From positions 4,402,001 to 4,466,000 of the forward strand of contig CM030336.1 in assembly GCA_017654855.1 (NCBI GenBank): 64,000 nucleotides of DNA, written 5' to 3'. Made by a program: the position numbers and the translations under genes. Positions within the stretch are counted from its first letter, which is position 1. Every line of letters starts with the position of its first letter. The stretch comes from Podospora anserina (Eukaryota). Positions 12,723 to 26,186 of this stretch are shown one piece after another. The notes under the pieces were generated by a model that made no database searches, was not told where the DNA came from, and saw nothing but the letters and a program-made list of their open reading frames with translations.

Positions 12723-14706
12723 TCAAACAGCCTGGATACGCTCGGAGTGATCACTGGCGTTGCCCTTCTCTGGCAGGGTTTCGTAGGGAGTGCCTGTCGT
12801 GTTGGAGCTTTCGGCTCGAAGGATGCGAGAAAGGCCGATTTCGTTGTTGATCTCGGCCATTCTTTCAAAATCGGCTGCTGCGGTCCCTTCAGAGCCAAAG
12901 ATGATGTCCTGAGGTTTCTATCAGCTTGGGAAGATTCAGGGTTAACTGAGCGGGAAGAATCTTACCATCTCCTCCAGCGTCAACCTCTTCGTCTCGGGCA
13001 CCAAAAACCACACAAACGCCGCTCCCATGTACGTCAGGATACCAAAGAGGATATACGTCCCGTAGGTAATTCCCTCCAGCATATCGGGCGTGACTTGCCC
13101 AACAATAAAGTTATTCATCCAGTTGCTCGACGCCCCCAACGCGACACCATACGGCCTCGTGCTCAACGGCCAGATCTCGGCGACGATGATCCACGCGCAT
13201 GGTCCCCACGAGTAGCCAAAGTGGATAACAAACAGCCAGACCATGCACACGGCTGCCCAACCAGCCGCCTTGTGACTCTCCCACTGGTCGATATTCTTCG
13301 CGACAATGACCGCGATGATGATATGGCATGTCGCCATGCCAATCGCGCCAACAGTCAACACCGGCTTGCGCCCTACGCGATCGATCCACAAAACCGCCGG
13401 GATGGTCGCAATAAACATCACAATCCCAACCACACCCGTGGCAAGAAGCGAGGTGGAAGTATCATCCAGGCCGAGCTGTTTGAAAATCGAGGGTGCGTAG
13501 TACAACACGGCATTGATCCCGCTCCACTGCTGGAAAAACATCGTCACCGTCGCCACTACCACCCTCTTGAACATCGCCCGGGTCTGGAACAGTTTCTTGA
13601 TGCTGACGAACTGGAGCTTGAAGATATTCCAGGCTGTCTGCTCGCGCAGGTTGGGAAACAGTTCCGCGACGCTTCTCTTTTCAAAGAGGGACTGGGCCTT
13701 GATTTCAAGGAATTCGAGCTCGACCAGCTCGTGGTCTGGCGAGAGTCCTCGGAGGGAGGAGAGGACCTGGCGGGCTTCTTCCTCACGCCCGTGGTGGACG
13801 AGCCAGCGGGGGGAGAAGGGCATGAAGATCATGCCGACGAAGAGGATCACTGCCGGGGCGAGCTGGAGGCAGATGGGGGTGAGCCAGGCGGCGTCGGATT
13901 GGGTTTCGGCCGAGGTGCCGCCGATGAAGTTGGTGCCGCTGTTTTTCTCTTGTTAACAACCTCCCCCCCTTTTGCTTCGTTCTTTCTTAAAGACACCGGA
14001 GGCTTACTAGTCAATCCAAAAGGAAATCATGATCCCAAAGCAGATCGCCAACTGCTGCGTCGCTACAAGCGCACCTCTCACCTCGGGGGGAGCCACCTCG
14101 CTGTTGTAAATGGGGATAATCATCGCCAACGAACCAACACCCATACCCCTATTTTCACCGTCAACAAACTTGTCCTTTTTCGTGATGATAGATGGGGGGA
14201 ACTCACGTAATAAACCTCCCCGCCAGAATGGCATCATGTCCCACCCCCGTAATCGCCGTAGCCTGAATCACCACCCCAAGCATAAAAACCGCACTAGCAA
14301 CCAGAACCGAATACTTTCTCGACAAAACCTCGGCAATAAAACCAGAGAGAAGCGTCCCGATCCAGGCGCCGAGCTCGAGAATGGCAGTTAGCCACCCCTT
14401 CTTGGTTGAGTCGGTCACGTACTCGCCCATGTCTACATCCAACCTGTGGTTAGCATGAGTTGGTTGGAAAACAGGGGGAGGAGAAAGTAGGCAAATACGT
14501 CGTTCAAAAGCCGGCATGGCCAGAATGCCACTAAACATCCCCTGGTTGTACCCATACAGCACACCACCAATGCAGGCAAACAGCGCGATGCGGAACACCC
14601 TGAAGTTCTTGATCAGGGCCGAAGGTCCAGATTTGCCCATCAGGGTCTCGCGCTTGTGGAGGGCTGCATCGTAGAATGCGCCTGCGCCGGCGTCGGCTCC
14701 GCCCAT
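12723..14706 (-). CDS. MFS sugar porter family transporter (possibly a pentose transporter of the Str1/XAT-1 type), multi-exon
   Basis: ATG at 14706 (MGGADAGAGAFYDAAL); FACIGGVLYGYNQG, SEVAPPEVRG, QQWSGINAVLYY, VPETKRLTLEEM; last exon DIIFGSEG...RIQAV stops at 12723; the subfamily call is from memory only. Confidence 0.9.
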
Positions 14707-17700
14707 GGTGTGTTGGCTTGATGTGTTTACTTGCTCCTGTCTCAGTGAGGACGATGCTGTCTGCTGTTCGATATCAAACCAACCGCTGGACCAGGTCCAC
14801 AGAGGGCATGTGAGAGAGTGTGAGAAAGCAAGTAAAGGGGTCCAAAAGGTCAACAAAGCGGGGAGGACCCCCAATATATTACTGCTGATCTCTTCATGTA
14901 GGCGCAAACCAGTCCCCCTTCATCCGCCCACATGGATAAGGTAGATAGACTCTGACCGGATGGAACCTCAGTGTCACCACCCACCTCGCCTCTTGCTTGC
15001 CAATGGGCCCATATCTTCCAATTGCCCGGGAACCGAGTCCAAAATGCGAGTATCTGTCGTGGCACATCCGTCCGCACCCTTTCCTCTTCAAGAAGGAGGG
15101 AGTAGGACTGGGTCTCAAGCTTGCCTGTCTCTATACCTTAAACAGGCGAGCGTAACATTCCCGCACGAATCAGCAGTGCGAACCTGCGGTCACTGATGCT
15201 GATCGCATCCTTCCAGTGCACCTCTCTGCCGGTCATGGTTCGTAGGAGTCTAGAGCGGTGGTAACAGCGGCAACAAGGTCAGGATCATGGCTCCCGGGAT
15301 GAGGGGTAAACTCAATCCAACTTCCGGAGATAGACAGTGTCAATGTGACCGTACTTTTCTTTCCCGGATGAATGGGGGAATGTGGGATTATGATGGGGAT
15401 CATTGGCCAGGTCGGACGATGCGATGCTGTGTGCTCAAACTCGGGAATTGGAACAGAGGAGGCCAAAAGTGGAAAGCATCAGAGGCCGGAGGTAATCACC
15501 ACCCGGTGACACCATCACACACTCTCTCAGTCCATCCATTGACCGCCAATTTGAGAATCCGAAAGACTTCTTTCATTTATGACCAACCCCAAAAAGAGAG
15601 CACTTACATCACCACCATGCCGCTTGACATGTCGTCAACAAAAGAAGCCTCTTCAAGCCACCAGCCAAAAGAACCATCTTGCCAAGTTCCTCGGCGCAGA
15701 TCTTCCCTCTCGCTCGCGCGGCAACTGCCCGTCATGCCACACAGTAGCACAGGAAACAAGCACTTGTGTGGTTTTTAGCCTGAAATGCTTGGCCTGCTTG
15801 CTTCAACTTCCGCCGCGAGCCCATTGGACAGCTCTCGGGACCAAACGCTGTCATTCGCTGGGCAAAAGCCGTTGACAATATCGATCGGGCCTTCTTTCTC
15901 TGTCGGTTATCTTGGTTTGACGGCAGACACACACTCGTCCTCTTCTTTGTACGGTATAAGAGAAGGAGTTTGCCGTGATGTGTGGCGTCTTGGTGTTTTG
16001 TGGGGGGAGACGATGACGAACGGCAGCTGCTTTGAGTCGTGCGGGTGGCTTGGTGGCTTAACGGCGCGCTGCGTTAGCGCACTTGGCCAGTCTCTTGTCT
16101 GTTCTGTCAGCAAGAGCCCCCTGTCTTTTGTCTTCTTCGGGGATAACTAACCCGAGCCAGTGTTGAGGTCTGGGAATATTATCCCGCCATGGAGCGCCAG
16201 GAGCAGCAAGTAAGATGTCAAGACGTTCGGCCGAGGCTTGCCGACATCCTGGATTGGAAAGGCAGTGAAGACGGGACTGTACTTTTGACAAGACCGATTC
16301 CTGATCACCTCGAAACCCCGGATTACCTATGCCTGCCCGCGGCATCTGTGAGCTGAATCTGCCCGTCATGTTGGTGGTGCGGGGTCTATAAAAAGTCGAA
16401 ACATCAAATGAGGGGTAGCACGCAGGTGAGGTGAGAAAGTAGTAGGTGTGAAGGCCGCCAGCCCCAACCAGACTGGCCTTGGGAAACTCCTGGGACCGAG
16501 ACCGACACCGAGGTCAAGAGACCTATAATTCTCGTGAAGGTTTCACCCCGGAAACCATCGGTGGCTTCGCTGTGCACGTTGGAGATTCTCAGTTGTGAAG
16601 TCGAAAATTGATACCGATTTGGGCGAGAAGACTCGAGATAAAGCCAATCATCATCGAGGCTCAGCTGATCTGCATGACCGTGTTCCAACAGTGCCCAGAG
16701 AGGCGAAGCCAACAGAGAGTATATAAGGCTGCGTTTAGTCATGGCATACGGATGGAGAGAAGGGGAAAGTGAATATTGCGCGCCGCTCGCCAATGTTTGG
16801 AAGTATGGATGACAGGTGCCAACTTGCAGAAGGGTCACAGTGGCCAGTCTATTTCCGCCGACAAAGTGTCGATATCACCAAGTTCCAGACTGCCGGGTGT
16901 GATATTCAGCTCATGCAGAATATTATGAAGATGAAACGACGATTGAGATGCTGCAAGTGCCAGATCTGTATCGACCATATGGCTGGCCGAACGTTGCATA
17001 TGCATGATGGTGCAGTCTTTTTGGATACCTACCGACTGCAAGTTTGACAAGAGACACAGCTGTGATAAATATTAGCGAACCAGGCGAGATGGTTCTTGTT
17101 ACAAGCATGAGGTGCTGCTTGAATGCCCTTCCAGATGGCCGTGCTGCTCCCGGTGTCCGACCGGTTCAAAGTGGGGTTGTGTGACCGGCACCCGGCGACC
17201 AGTCCCGGCGGGGTGCCGATGGACCGGGCCGGTGTCCACTTCGCATCAGTTAGCTGCTTGTACAGTCTTGCACTGGCATAACTCATGTCCAGTTGATTAC
17301 ATATGTAATACCGAGCCACTCTGTTGGTTCATTGGCGTAATCGCAGAACCAAAATAAACCCAAGTGCCGGCCGGGGTTTAGTCCAAGAGGATGGCAGTAA
17401 GGATGTGATGAGGCAGGGTTCGAACCAACAAAGGTGTGTGCGGGATTGATCTTATCTCCTGGCCTTATCTTGATAAGATTGCGGCGCGAGCATCCATTCA
17501 GAAGCTAGACTCACGAGACGAATGGTGAAACGGAAACTCTCGAGATGGTCGCACGGGATGTTGGTGAGTACATGTTCGAGAAGGCAGGCCGGGCCCGAGT
17601 GCAGGAGTCACGGTCGTCGGCCGGCAGCCCGAGTGATTGCGGGAAACCAAAAAAAGATGACGGGACCGCGATCTCTCCCACGCATATCTGGTATCACGCG

Positions 17701-18245
17701 GGAGATTGACAAAGATGACCAGAAACGCAGCCGAGGTCGACGTTGGTCTCGCCCAGGTCAAAAAGTTTCGAAACAAAAACGTTTAGGGCCGGCCGCTCTG
17801 TCAGGCCGGGTCTTGACTTTGGCCGTTCCGTCAACTGCCGTGCTATGCAGGTGTGGTTGGGTCAGATGTATGTAGGTCGGGGGCAGAAGGAGTGACTAAG
17901 GTACGTCGTAAAGAGAGGGGCATGGTCAGCATTTGGCAGCGATGAAAAGAGTTGGTGGGGTTGTTGAAGGGTGGTTACCACAAGGTGTTTTGCCTCCTCC
18001 TGTTATGCTTGCGCCGCTGGGTTGAGTTGGAAAATATTCCCCGGAGGCGTGTGTAATTCCCCTTCCCATGGAGCTCGTACGCCTTGACGAGTCCAAGTCC
18101 CGGAACTACTCACATGTGAGGTTACATGAAATGGTATTCCGGGAGTTGCCCAAAAGAAAGTTGAGACGAGAATGAGGCGGAGTGATGTTGTCTTTTGTTG
18201 ACGGGTAGGTGCCAAAGAGGCAGAACGACTGGGCAGCCAGGGGCT

Positions 18246-18270
18246 GATGAGATGAGATGAGATGAGATGA
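18246..18270. repeat. (GATGA)5 microsatellite
   Basis: gatgagatgagatgagatgagatga. Confidence 0.8.
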
Positions 18271-20610
18271 TTTGTCTACATTTTGCTGGGCAGTCAATCC
18301 AATTTACGATCATGCCTCGAATTTTGGAATACTGTGTAAGAAGTTGTGGGTGCTTCAAACAGCAAGAGACAATTTGGGGGTCGCAACTGCCAAAGCATCG
18401 CATCTTGACGAGGAAGAAGCTTGGACCCCAAATCCATGAAAGAGGGGATGGGGGCAAGTGGAAAATCCTTAACAATTCTGCCGCATAGATCAATGGCAGT
18501 CTGATAGTGAACGCTGTGCAACCCCCAATGCTACAGTGAGTGATGCTCCCAACGGTGATGATCGTCCCTTGCAGCTTTGTTCCTGCCGCCGACAGGATCC
18601 CAGATCTTGTCCAACCAATAAACACCAAGCCAGTGGATCCAGAGCACGTGCGCCTTCCCAAAATTAGAGCGGAAAGGCAGGACGCCAGGACAAGCAAGCC
18701 CCACTCGCTACCGGCAAGATCGATCTTCCAAGCAATTTGACGCGCGCCTCTGTCCCGTCCATCCTCGTCCGTCTCTTTCCTCTCATCAATTGCCCGGAGA
18801 AGGCAGCCAATCCCACAGCTCTTTTGTTTCTGAGAACCAGATTTATTTCGTGTCATCTCGTCTACTGACAGCCGACAACACGCCTCCAGCAGCTGGCAGT
18901 CCATACTGACTGGCTCGCCAGCTGAATTCCACCGTGTCGCAGGTTCCTCGTTGGCGCTGTACCCCGCGGCTACCCACCAACATCACCTCTCCTCGCTGCC
19001 GGGCCGAATTACGTCAAAGATGTTTTCCACGGCTGCTGCTCTTCTGCTTCCGATTGCAACATTGCTACCGAGCGCTACAGATGCTCAGTCCCTGATAATC
19101 TCCTTTGCCGCTCTAATCTCGTGAGACGCTCTTTTGCCGCCTGTCGCGCGCCAGAGCTCAATGCCATTGTTTACCTTTCTCGATGCCTTCTTGGTGAGCA
19201 GTCCCGATCTGTCGGATTCCGGGACACTCTCGAGGACCGGCTGCTGGGCCTTGTGAGACCAGTCGGCCAGTCGCAGAATCGCCCGGCCGGATCTTGATCG
19301 CCTCCTCACAAGGCCATCAATGGCCTCCATTATCAGGTCCGGTGTTTTCCTTGTTTACGGGCAGTGTAAGGTCAGATAGGTAGGTGGTATTTGTTGGTTT
19401 TGGATTCCGTTGTTGTTTCTGACTGATATCCATCTCTCTTGAGACGGCAATTGCGCAGAACCATGATGGATGTCGAGTGCGGCGAGAGGAGGCTTGGGTA
19501 CCGTATGCACGAGGCTGGCGGTAAACTCCTACGAGCCGCTCTCTGGATGCTGGTACTATTTTTTGCACACGCCTGCATGTCTTCCGCTTCCCGCACCCCA
19601 CAACAGCCATTCCCGCTTTGGGATGTTCTTCTTCGAGATACTTGTGTTCTCGCTGCATCTACGAGAGCTGGCGAAGTCACGGCACAGTACCGCACCATGC
19701 CCTAAGCGAACGGTGAGAGAGAGCCTGTTGGGCCCTCGACACCTACCTACCTACCTTACCTACACACCTCATCACCGTTGCAAGTGTAATCTCGCGTTTT
19801 CTTACCTTCTCTCTTCGTCCTGTCTCTTGTCCTTACTGCCGCCAGTGGCCGGTGATTTCTCTTCTATTGTCACCTTATCCACGGACCCCCTGTCTAGCCC
19901 CCAGGTCCTCTTCGAGTTAACCGCCCTACGAGTACTTCCGCGTGCTCCACAGGGTCTGCTTGGTAGCCGCCCGCTCTTCAAACAGACGCCATTTCGAAAC
20001 CCATCAGCCATTAGCAGAGGCCGCTGGCCGCTCATCAAGGTCTTTCAGATACAGATGCGTAGTTTCATCAGTCCAAGCTTTCCTGTCACTATACTGCTCG
20101 TTTCAGATCTCCTACCCCGGTCTTGGGTGCCCTTCCCTTTTTGGCAATCAGAGATCAAAGCCTGGGTCTTATTCTCTTTCCACCCTTGTTTCTTTTCCGG
20201 TCTCCATCTTGAGCCTGAGATACTATAAGTCGACCGCCTCTCCTTCTCTCCTCGGCCGGCCTTCTCTAGCCAGTCATTCAGTCCTCGAGCCCTTCGACCC
20301 GCCTCACCGCGACCCTTTCTTCTTTTTTTCCTCTCCATTGTTCATTTTGTCATTGTCAGGTTTTCCTACTCTGGTCTCATCTGGTTTTCTGGTCTCATTT
20401 GGTCTTGAAGAGTTTCCTCATCATCGTCTCCTTGTTGTCATCATCAAACTAGGTTGCCGGCCTACCTTTTCTTGTTAACGACAACAACAACTACAACATC
20501 ATAAACCGACCCACGAAGCCCGCCTGATAGGTAATACACTCGACCCGGGCCAAACAGAAACGCAAGATCGTCACCGCACCAATAAGGACCGAGGAGGCGA
20601 AAAACATAGC

Positions 20611-21750
20611 ATGCCCAACTTGACTCGGGCACCAAGCAGCAGCGGAAGCAACGCCAATAGCAACAACACATACTACCATTACCCCGACGTCACATCGGCG
20701 CCCGACACAATGTCTTACTACCAACCCACCCGGCAGCTCTCCGGGTTCTACTCGGACCTCACCACCACCGCCGGCGGCAACCCCATGATGGCCGCTTCGT
20801 ACGATCCCTACGCTGTCAACCCCGTCGGCCATGCGGTCCCGTCCCTGCAGATCTCCACCCACCACCAACCACCCCACATGGGCGGGCCAGTAGGAGGCAC
20901 CCTTCCCACTCAGCACCGCGCTTCCTCGGGGGCGTGGAACCAGGAAGACGACCGCACCCTCCTTGCTCTGAGGGCGATGGGCAAGAACTGGAACCAGATT
21001 CAGCGGGAGGCCTTCCCGGGGAAGACGGGGAACGCCTGCAGGAAGAGACACGAGAGGTTGATGGAGAGGAGGGGACAGAACGATTTCGACAACAGGAAGC
21101 TGGAGAGGTTGTGCAAAGAGTACATGAGCATGCGCAAGGAGATTTGGCAGCCCTTGGCGGCGAGGTGTGGGGAGAAGTGGAACGTGGTTGAGATGCAGGT
21201 TTGTTTTTTCCCCCTCCCTTTCTTGCTTGTTCCAATACTGACAAGTGAAAAGTGCATGTCCAACGGCCTAAAAAACATCCAATCCCACGCCCGCGCCTAC
21301 GCCCGTCGTGAGAGGTTAGAGACTGGCCAACCTTTGCCTTCGAGCTACGACGATGACATTGGGCTCGGGGCTCTCACTCCTATCGACGATGTGGCGGAAC
21401 AGAGTTATTCCTCTCCTGAAACTACGGGGTCTACGGGTGCGCATAGCACTCCCGGCGCGGCGAGCAGCAACGGGAGCAGCGGGCATGGGATGGGGCATCA
21501 CTATGGGGGCATGCCGCAGTATCATCAGAGTTATGGGCATCACACGGGGTATGGGCACGGGTACAGCAACAGTGTGTCGAGCACGGGGACGGCGTATGGT
21601 GGGCAGCAGCAGACGCAGCAGCAGCAGCAGCAGAGTCAGAATGGGGGGCAGAGTCAAGGGGCGAGTCCGTATATGGGGCACGGGGGGAGGTTGCCTAGCG
21701 TTGGGGATATGGGGATTGATGCTATGCTTAATCGGGGGCAGCAGCAGTGA
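20611..21750 (+). CDS. Myb/SANT-like DNA-binding protein, 2 exons
   Basis: GAWNQEDDRTLLALR...NWNQIQREAFPGKTGNACRKRHERL; in-frame 54-nt intron 21199..21252; low-complexity G/H/Q tail. Confidence 0.85.
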   Translation: MPNLTRAPSSSGSNANSNNTYYHYPDVTSAPDTMSYYQPTRQLSGFYSDLTTTAGGNPMMAASYDPYAVNPVGHAVPSLQISTHHQPPHMGGPVGGTLPTQHRASSGAWNQEDDRTLLALRAMGKNWNQIQREAFPGKTGNACRKRHERLMERRGQNDFDNRKLERLCKEYMSMRKEIWQPLAARCGEKWNVVEMQVCFFPLPFLLVPILTSEKCMSNGLKNIQSHARAYARRERLETGQPLPSSYDDDIGLGALTPIDDVAEQSYSSPETTGSTGAHSTPGAASSNGSSGHGMGHHYGGMPQYHQSYGHHTGYGHGYSNSVSSTGTAYGGQQQTQQQQQQSQNGGQSQGASPYMGHGGRLPSVGDMGIDAMLNRGQQQ

Positions 21751-23435
21751 TTTGGTTTTCTCTTTGACTTTTGGGATAAGGAGTTTTTTGGTCGGGGGTT
21801 TGGCTTCAAAAAAGGCGTTCGGGAGGTGGTTGGGTGAGTTCGGAATTGGGGTTCCGGATCGGGGTCGGGTTCGGGCTTTACTGTTTCTTCTTTTTTTTGT
21901 TCTACCTTTTTTTTTCTACTTACCTTTTCATCTTTTGGCAAGGCGTTGGGTTCCGGATCGGAGGGATTTTCTTCTTGTCTCTTGTTCTGTCTCTATCAGA
22001 TACCACACCATTCCTTGGCTTTTTTCTTTTTTCTCATAGTCATCACTTTTTCCTTTGTCTTAACTCCTACTTATCATGTCATGCTATATGCTATAGAGAA
22101 GAAAAAGGGATGGATTGGATGGATTGGATGGATGGAATAATGGGAGGAAGAGATTTGAATGAAATGAAGAATTGTTATGTTTTGATCACTTTTTTTGGTA
22201 TCTAACTCGGGTGGTTTCCCGCAATAACTGGCGAGAACCGGTGAGGTGTAAGTCGATTGTGGTGGGGGTTCTTGGTGACGAAGAGGCTGAGAGCGGCTGA
22301 GAAGCAGGTTGGGGGGTGCAACAGCGACGACCGTTGGTGGGCGGCGGCGCGGACGGTTGCACGTTGGTACCAGAGTTCAGATTTGGAAATGTGGACCAGT
22401 GTATGTGGAGTACGCACGTAGCAAAAGGCTCAGTTGGGACAAGTTGACTGTTGTGGAAAACGGCAAGGTTTGTTGATGGATGAGGTGAGGCGGTGGCACG
22501 GGGGAGAGACAGGGGGGAGGGGAGGGGTGTTTACATCAAAAGATTCGGTATCTCGGGTATTCGGTCAGGATGTAAACTCAGGTTCCAGTTCAGTTCAGTG
22601 TTCATGTGTGGCGATGAGCAAAATACCGTAATGGTGAGGAATCACTATATGGCAAATGTCTTCCTCGAAACGAAACAACACAAGTGTAAGATGGCGGCGG
22701 CGCGGTGGTGGGCTACTTGCTCCGCACGGCACCAAACGGGAAATAACACATTCAATGCATGCTGCGAGTCATATCTCGTAACCTCAAAAATATAATGAGC
22801 AGCGGGCGGGGATCTGAGTGAATCCAACCCGGCCCCCAGGCGGGTGTGAGACTGGTTGGTCAAGAAATATCAACTGCGGGGAATAATCCCCCAGCGCCAG
22901 GGAAGGAGGGCAAAGATCGCGAGGATCGGGATTATTCACCCCCCAGCGGCGGGACAGAGATAAAAGTAAGCTGGTCAAGTCCGGATACGCTTGCTGACCA
23001 AGGTGAAGGATTCCCCGAGAAGAACAACAATGACATAATCGGGCTTCTGGCATCAACATCCAGCTGTTGGTCCCCGAGATGTACTGCCCCAGCAACACAC
23101 AAGACCCAAAGGAAGAGGCAAGATTGAGTTCTTACACATTTAGCCCCTCCTGCGACCTACCTTATCCAGAACCCATCATCGCGTTTTCTGCTTCTGACCA
23201 CAAATGGAGACCCCGTTCTGTCACCGCCCGCACATCTGACAGATGATCGATCATGCAAAGACAAAGGTCAACATAGACAAACGCCGTGCCCATGCTTTTT
23301 GAAGAAAAATACAAAAAACATATCAGGTAATCTTACAATAAACTCTCTAAAGAGTCCTCGAGCTTTCTACACCAGGGCACCATTCGGCCTTCCCGAATCC
23401 CGTCCCCAGTCCTGAAGAGGCAGACAACTAACCAC

Positions 23436-24890
23436 CTACTCCTCCTCATCGTAAAACTCTTCCAGTTCATCCTCCTCGGGCTCCCCCATCACACTCCTCC
23501 ACACCCTGCCCCACATCCCCTTCTTCTGCGCCAACGCCAACACCATCACAACAGGCAAATGCCACACACTCGCCCAAAACAACCCCTTCGCACTCCCCTT
23601 GTGCCCCTCATGCCTCCAAAACTTGACCGCCTCGGCAACAAGCCACAAGTTGACCGGCGCGCTCGTGACAGCAAAACTCCACTCCGTCACCCCAGCCGCG
23701 CAGAGCCCAAGACAAATAGGAATAAACACCAAGCTGTACCTCAGCGCAACCCTCGAATTCCTCGCCGGGTTCGTCCAGGCCAGCATCCTCAACCCGGCAG
23801 CCTTGTACTCCTCCCTGATGCCCCACGACAGCGGCATAAAGTGCGGAAACTGCCAAGCAAACAATAAACTGGCAAACAGCCACCCTCCCAAGCTGGAGCC
23901 ATCGCTCGCAAAGAGGAGCTCCCTCCACGTCCCATCGGCCGTCGCGCTCTCACCCGCAGCGGCAGCCCAGCCCATCAGAGGCGGGATACCGCCTACAATG
24001 GCGCCTACCCATGTGTTGAGCACGGAAAGCCGTTTTAACGGGGTGTACATGCCGGCGTAGATGGCAATGTTGCTCGCGCCAAGGAAGGCAACGGTGGGGT
24101 TGACGCCCCAGTAGAGAGCCAGTGTGCCTGCTGCGCCGCAGCCGACGGCGAACAAGACGGCCGCTTTGGTGGTTAGTAACCTCCTGACCAGCGGTCTCGC
24201 CCGTGTGCGGGACATTTTGGCGTCGGTGTCTGGCTCGTAGAGCATGTTGAGCGCGTTGGCGGCTGCTGAGCAGAGGGTTGTGCCGGTTGTGAGGAAGAGG
24301 AGGGTTAATGGTGAGAGGGAAGGTGTGGCAGTCGCGGCTGTGGAGAGAAAGGCCGGGACGGGGTATAAAGCGTAGGGGACCATGGCTGAGAGAACAACCA
24401 AGACTGTCAACCGCGGTTTCGAGAGTGACAGTAGAGATGATAGCTTTCGTCGGAGGGAATCGGCCGGATGTTGGGCTGCTGCGGCAGCGAGAAGGGACGA
24501 GGCGTCGGGCGCCATTGTTGCCGTCGGGGCATCGCTGGTAGCAGATGAGCCGCCCGATCCGGCTCCGGCCAGGACGGCGGCATTTCGTCTTTCGGCTTGC
24601 CGCCTCCGGTGGGGAAGCAAGGTGCTTGTGTCGGTCACATCGGGCGTCGATGCTGTCGGAGCTACATTGGTGCCATTGAATCGAGCCAAGAGGCCGTTCG
24701 ACACAAAGTAGCCGGTCCGTAGGGGGGTAGTGTTGCGCGGTTGTGTTGACCTGGTAAAGAACCTCGCGGGGTAGTTCGGGACAGGCCGTTCGGCTCCTCC
24801 TTTCAGGAGGGCGCGCTTGGTGCACTGCCAGCACACGCTGTTGTCGAAAACACCAGACCGGAGTCTGAGACCGGGTATTGGCGGTGGCAT
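23436..24890 (-). CDS. COX10: Protoheme IX farnesyltransferase, mitochondrial
   Basis: LSKPRLTVLVVLSAM, ANALNMLYEPDTDAKMSRTRARPL, YTPLKR, WVGAIVGGIPPLMGW, WQFPHF; Arg-rich presequence. Confidence 0.95.
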   Translation of the reverse strand: MPPPIPGLRLRSGVFDNSVCWQCTKRALLKGGAERPVPNYPARFFTRSTQPRNTTPLRTGYFVSNGLLARFNGTNVAPTASTPDVTDTSTLLPHRRRQAERRNAAVLAGAGSGGSSATSDAPTATMAPDASSLLAAAAAQHPADSLRRKLSSLLSLSKPRLTVLVVLSAMVPYALYPVPAFLSTAATATPSLSPLTLLFLTTGTTLCSAAANALNMLYEPDTDAKMSRTRARPLVRRLLTTKAAVLFAVGCGAAGTLALYWGVNPTVAFLGASNIAIYAGMYTPLKRLSVLNTWVGAIVGGIPPLMGWAAAAGESATADGTWRELLFASDGSSLGGWLFASLLFAWQFPHFMPLSWGIREEYKAAGLRMLAWTNPARNSRVALRYSLVFIPICLGLCAAGVTEWSFAVTSAPVNLWLVAEAVKFWRHEGHKGSAKGLFWASVWHLPVVMVLALAQKKGMWGRVWRSVMGEPEEDELEEFYDEEE

Positions 24891-26186
24891 CGTCGTTCAG
24901 GTGCCGGCTCGCATCGCCATCGTCGCCGTCAATTGGATCTTTTTGGGTGAAACTCGATCACCAGCTCCTCTCCAGCTTCAGCGTGAGTGGCTCGCTAGTA
25001 TTTTTTGGCCCGCGCGCCAAGCGGTTGTGTGGCAGCTGATGTGGCTGATTGCGCCCCGCAACGTTAGCTTCCATTGTGGCTCGTTTGGGAGCTTGGGCCT
25101 CACCTGGAACAGACAATCGACGTCATCTCTTTTGATGCTGAACGTTTTGACAATTCCATCAAGACTCGAGCGGCCGCTGAATGCGCCTACGATGGAAACC
25201 AGAGGTGTATAAGCAGACACCCCCTCAGTCCTGCCTTTAGCCGCGCGTACGGAAGTTATGAACCGTTATGCAGTTTGATCCTTCAACTCCGAGTTCAGGA
25301 GAAAACAATGAACAGCGTCTAAACCGCCAATCGCACCACAGCAATCTCGAAATTCCATCCAAGTCCAAACAATTGGTCCCAGGAGTCCGGTTTGCCAGCT
25401 TGACGGAAACACAGCACAGGAAGACGCGCGCGATCATCATCTGCTTGCTAGGTATTCCATCATCATCATCATGCCATGATGGTTAGACCCCGTTGTTTGT
25501 CTGCATGTCGCAGGGCCATCACACCAGAGACCGACCACAGTGCGGCTGGCTAAGCGGATACAGCTCCCGTTCCCAGCAACGGCCTACGATCACGGCCCAA
25601 CAGCGATCTGGCGTTACATGGCCCAGCTGGCCCAGCCCGTGGCTTTTTGACAGGCCTGGTCGTACCAATCCCGGCAGTTCGGATCTGGGCGTCACTTAGA
25701 AAGCTTCCGAGAGGACCTGAGAGCGAGCTCGAATTCTGCAACAACACAAGTGCCGAACGCCACAAAAATATTCCTGCCAAGATGGCAATGCTTCGGGATC
25801 TCAAGTGCCGTGCTAATTGTCCGACATTTCTTTTTTGATGCCTGCGTCCGGGTACGAAGCCCGAAGCTCCGGAGGGTGGGTCCGTCTTCGGTCCGCAAAT
25901 TGCGGGGCCCCCCGGAGCGGCATCCGGCACTACGGCTGCAACCCGAACGTCATCACTGGTTTTGGTCTGGTGCTTGCCAACGCACTTTCCCCGCTCATCC
26001 AGTTTGTCAGAAAATATACCCGAAACTGTCAATATTGGCTGGGTTTAGTGACTTGCTGTCGTCAACAACTTCATTGAATGATCAATATTCACGGCTAGGT
26101 TCTGTAAAGTCCAACCACTTACTTGATTATCACCGACTCCTTATTTTCACCCCCACGTTCGCCCCCTCTTGCACCCGAACCCAATC

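Noticed and set aside
12747-14210. 487-aa + strand ORF
   Set aside because: Antisense to the sugar porter exons; no independent evidence of coding
16404-17319. Cluster of short minus-strand ORFs, possible gene relic
   Set aside because: No consistent frame, splice solution or motif was found
18122-19330. Minus-strand frame of ~400 codons with only two internal TGA stops
   Set aside because: The translation is not protein-like, runs through a microsatellite and has no recognisable domain; it cannot be distinguished from chance
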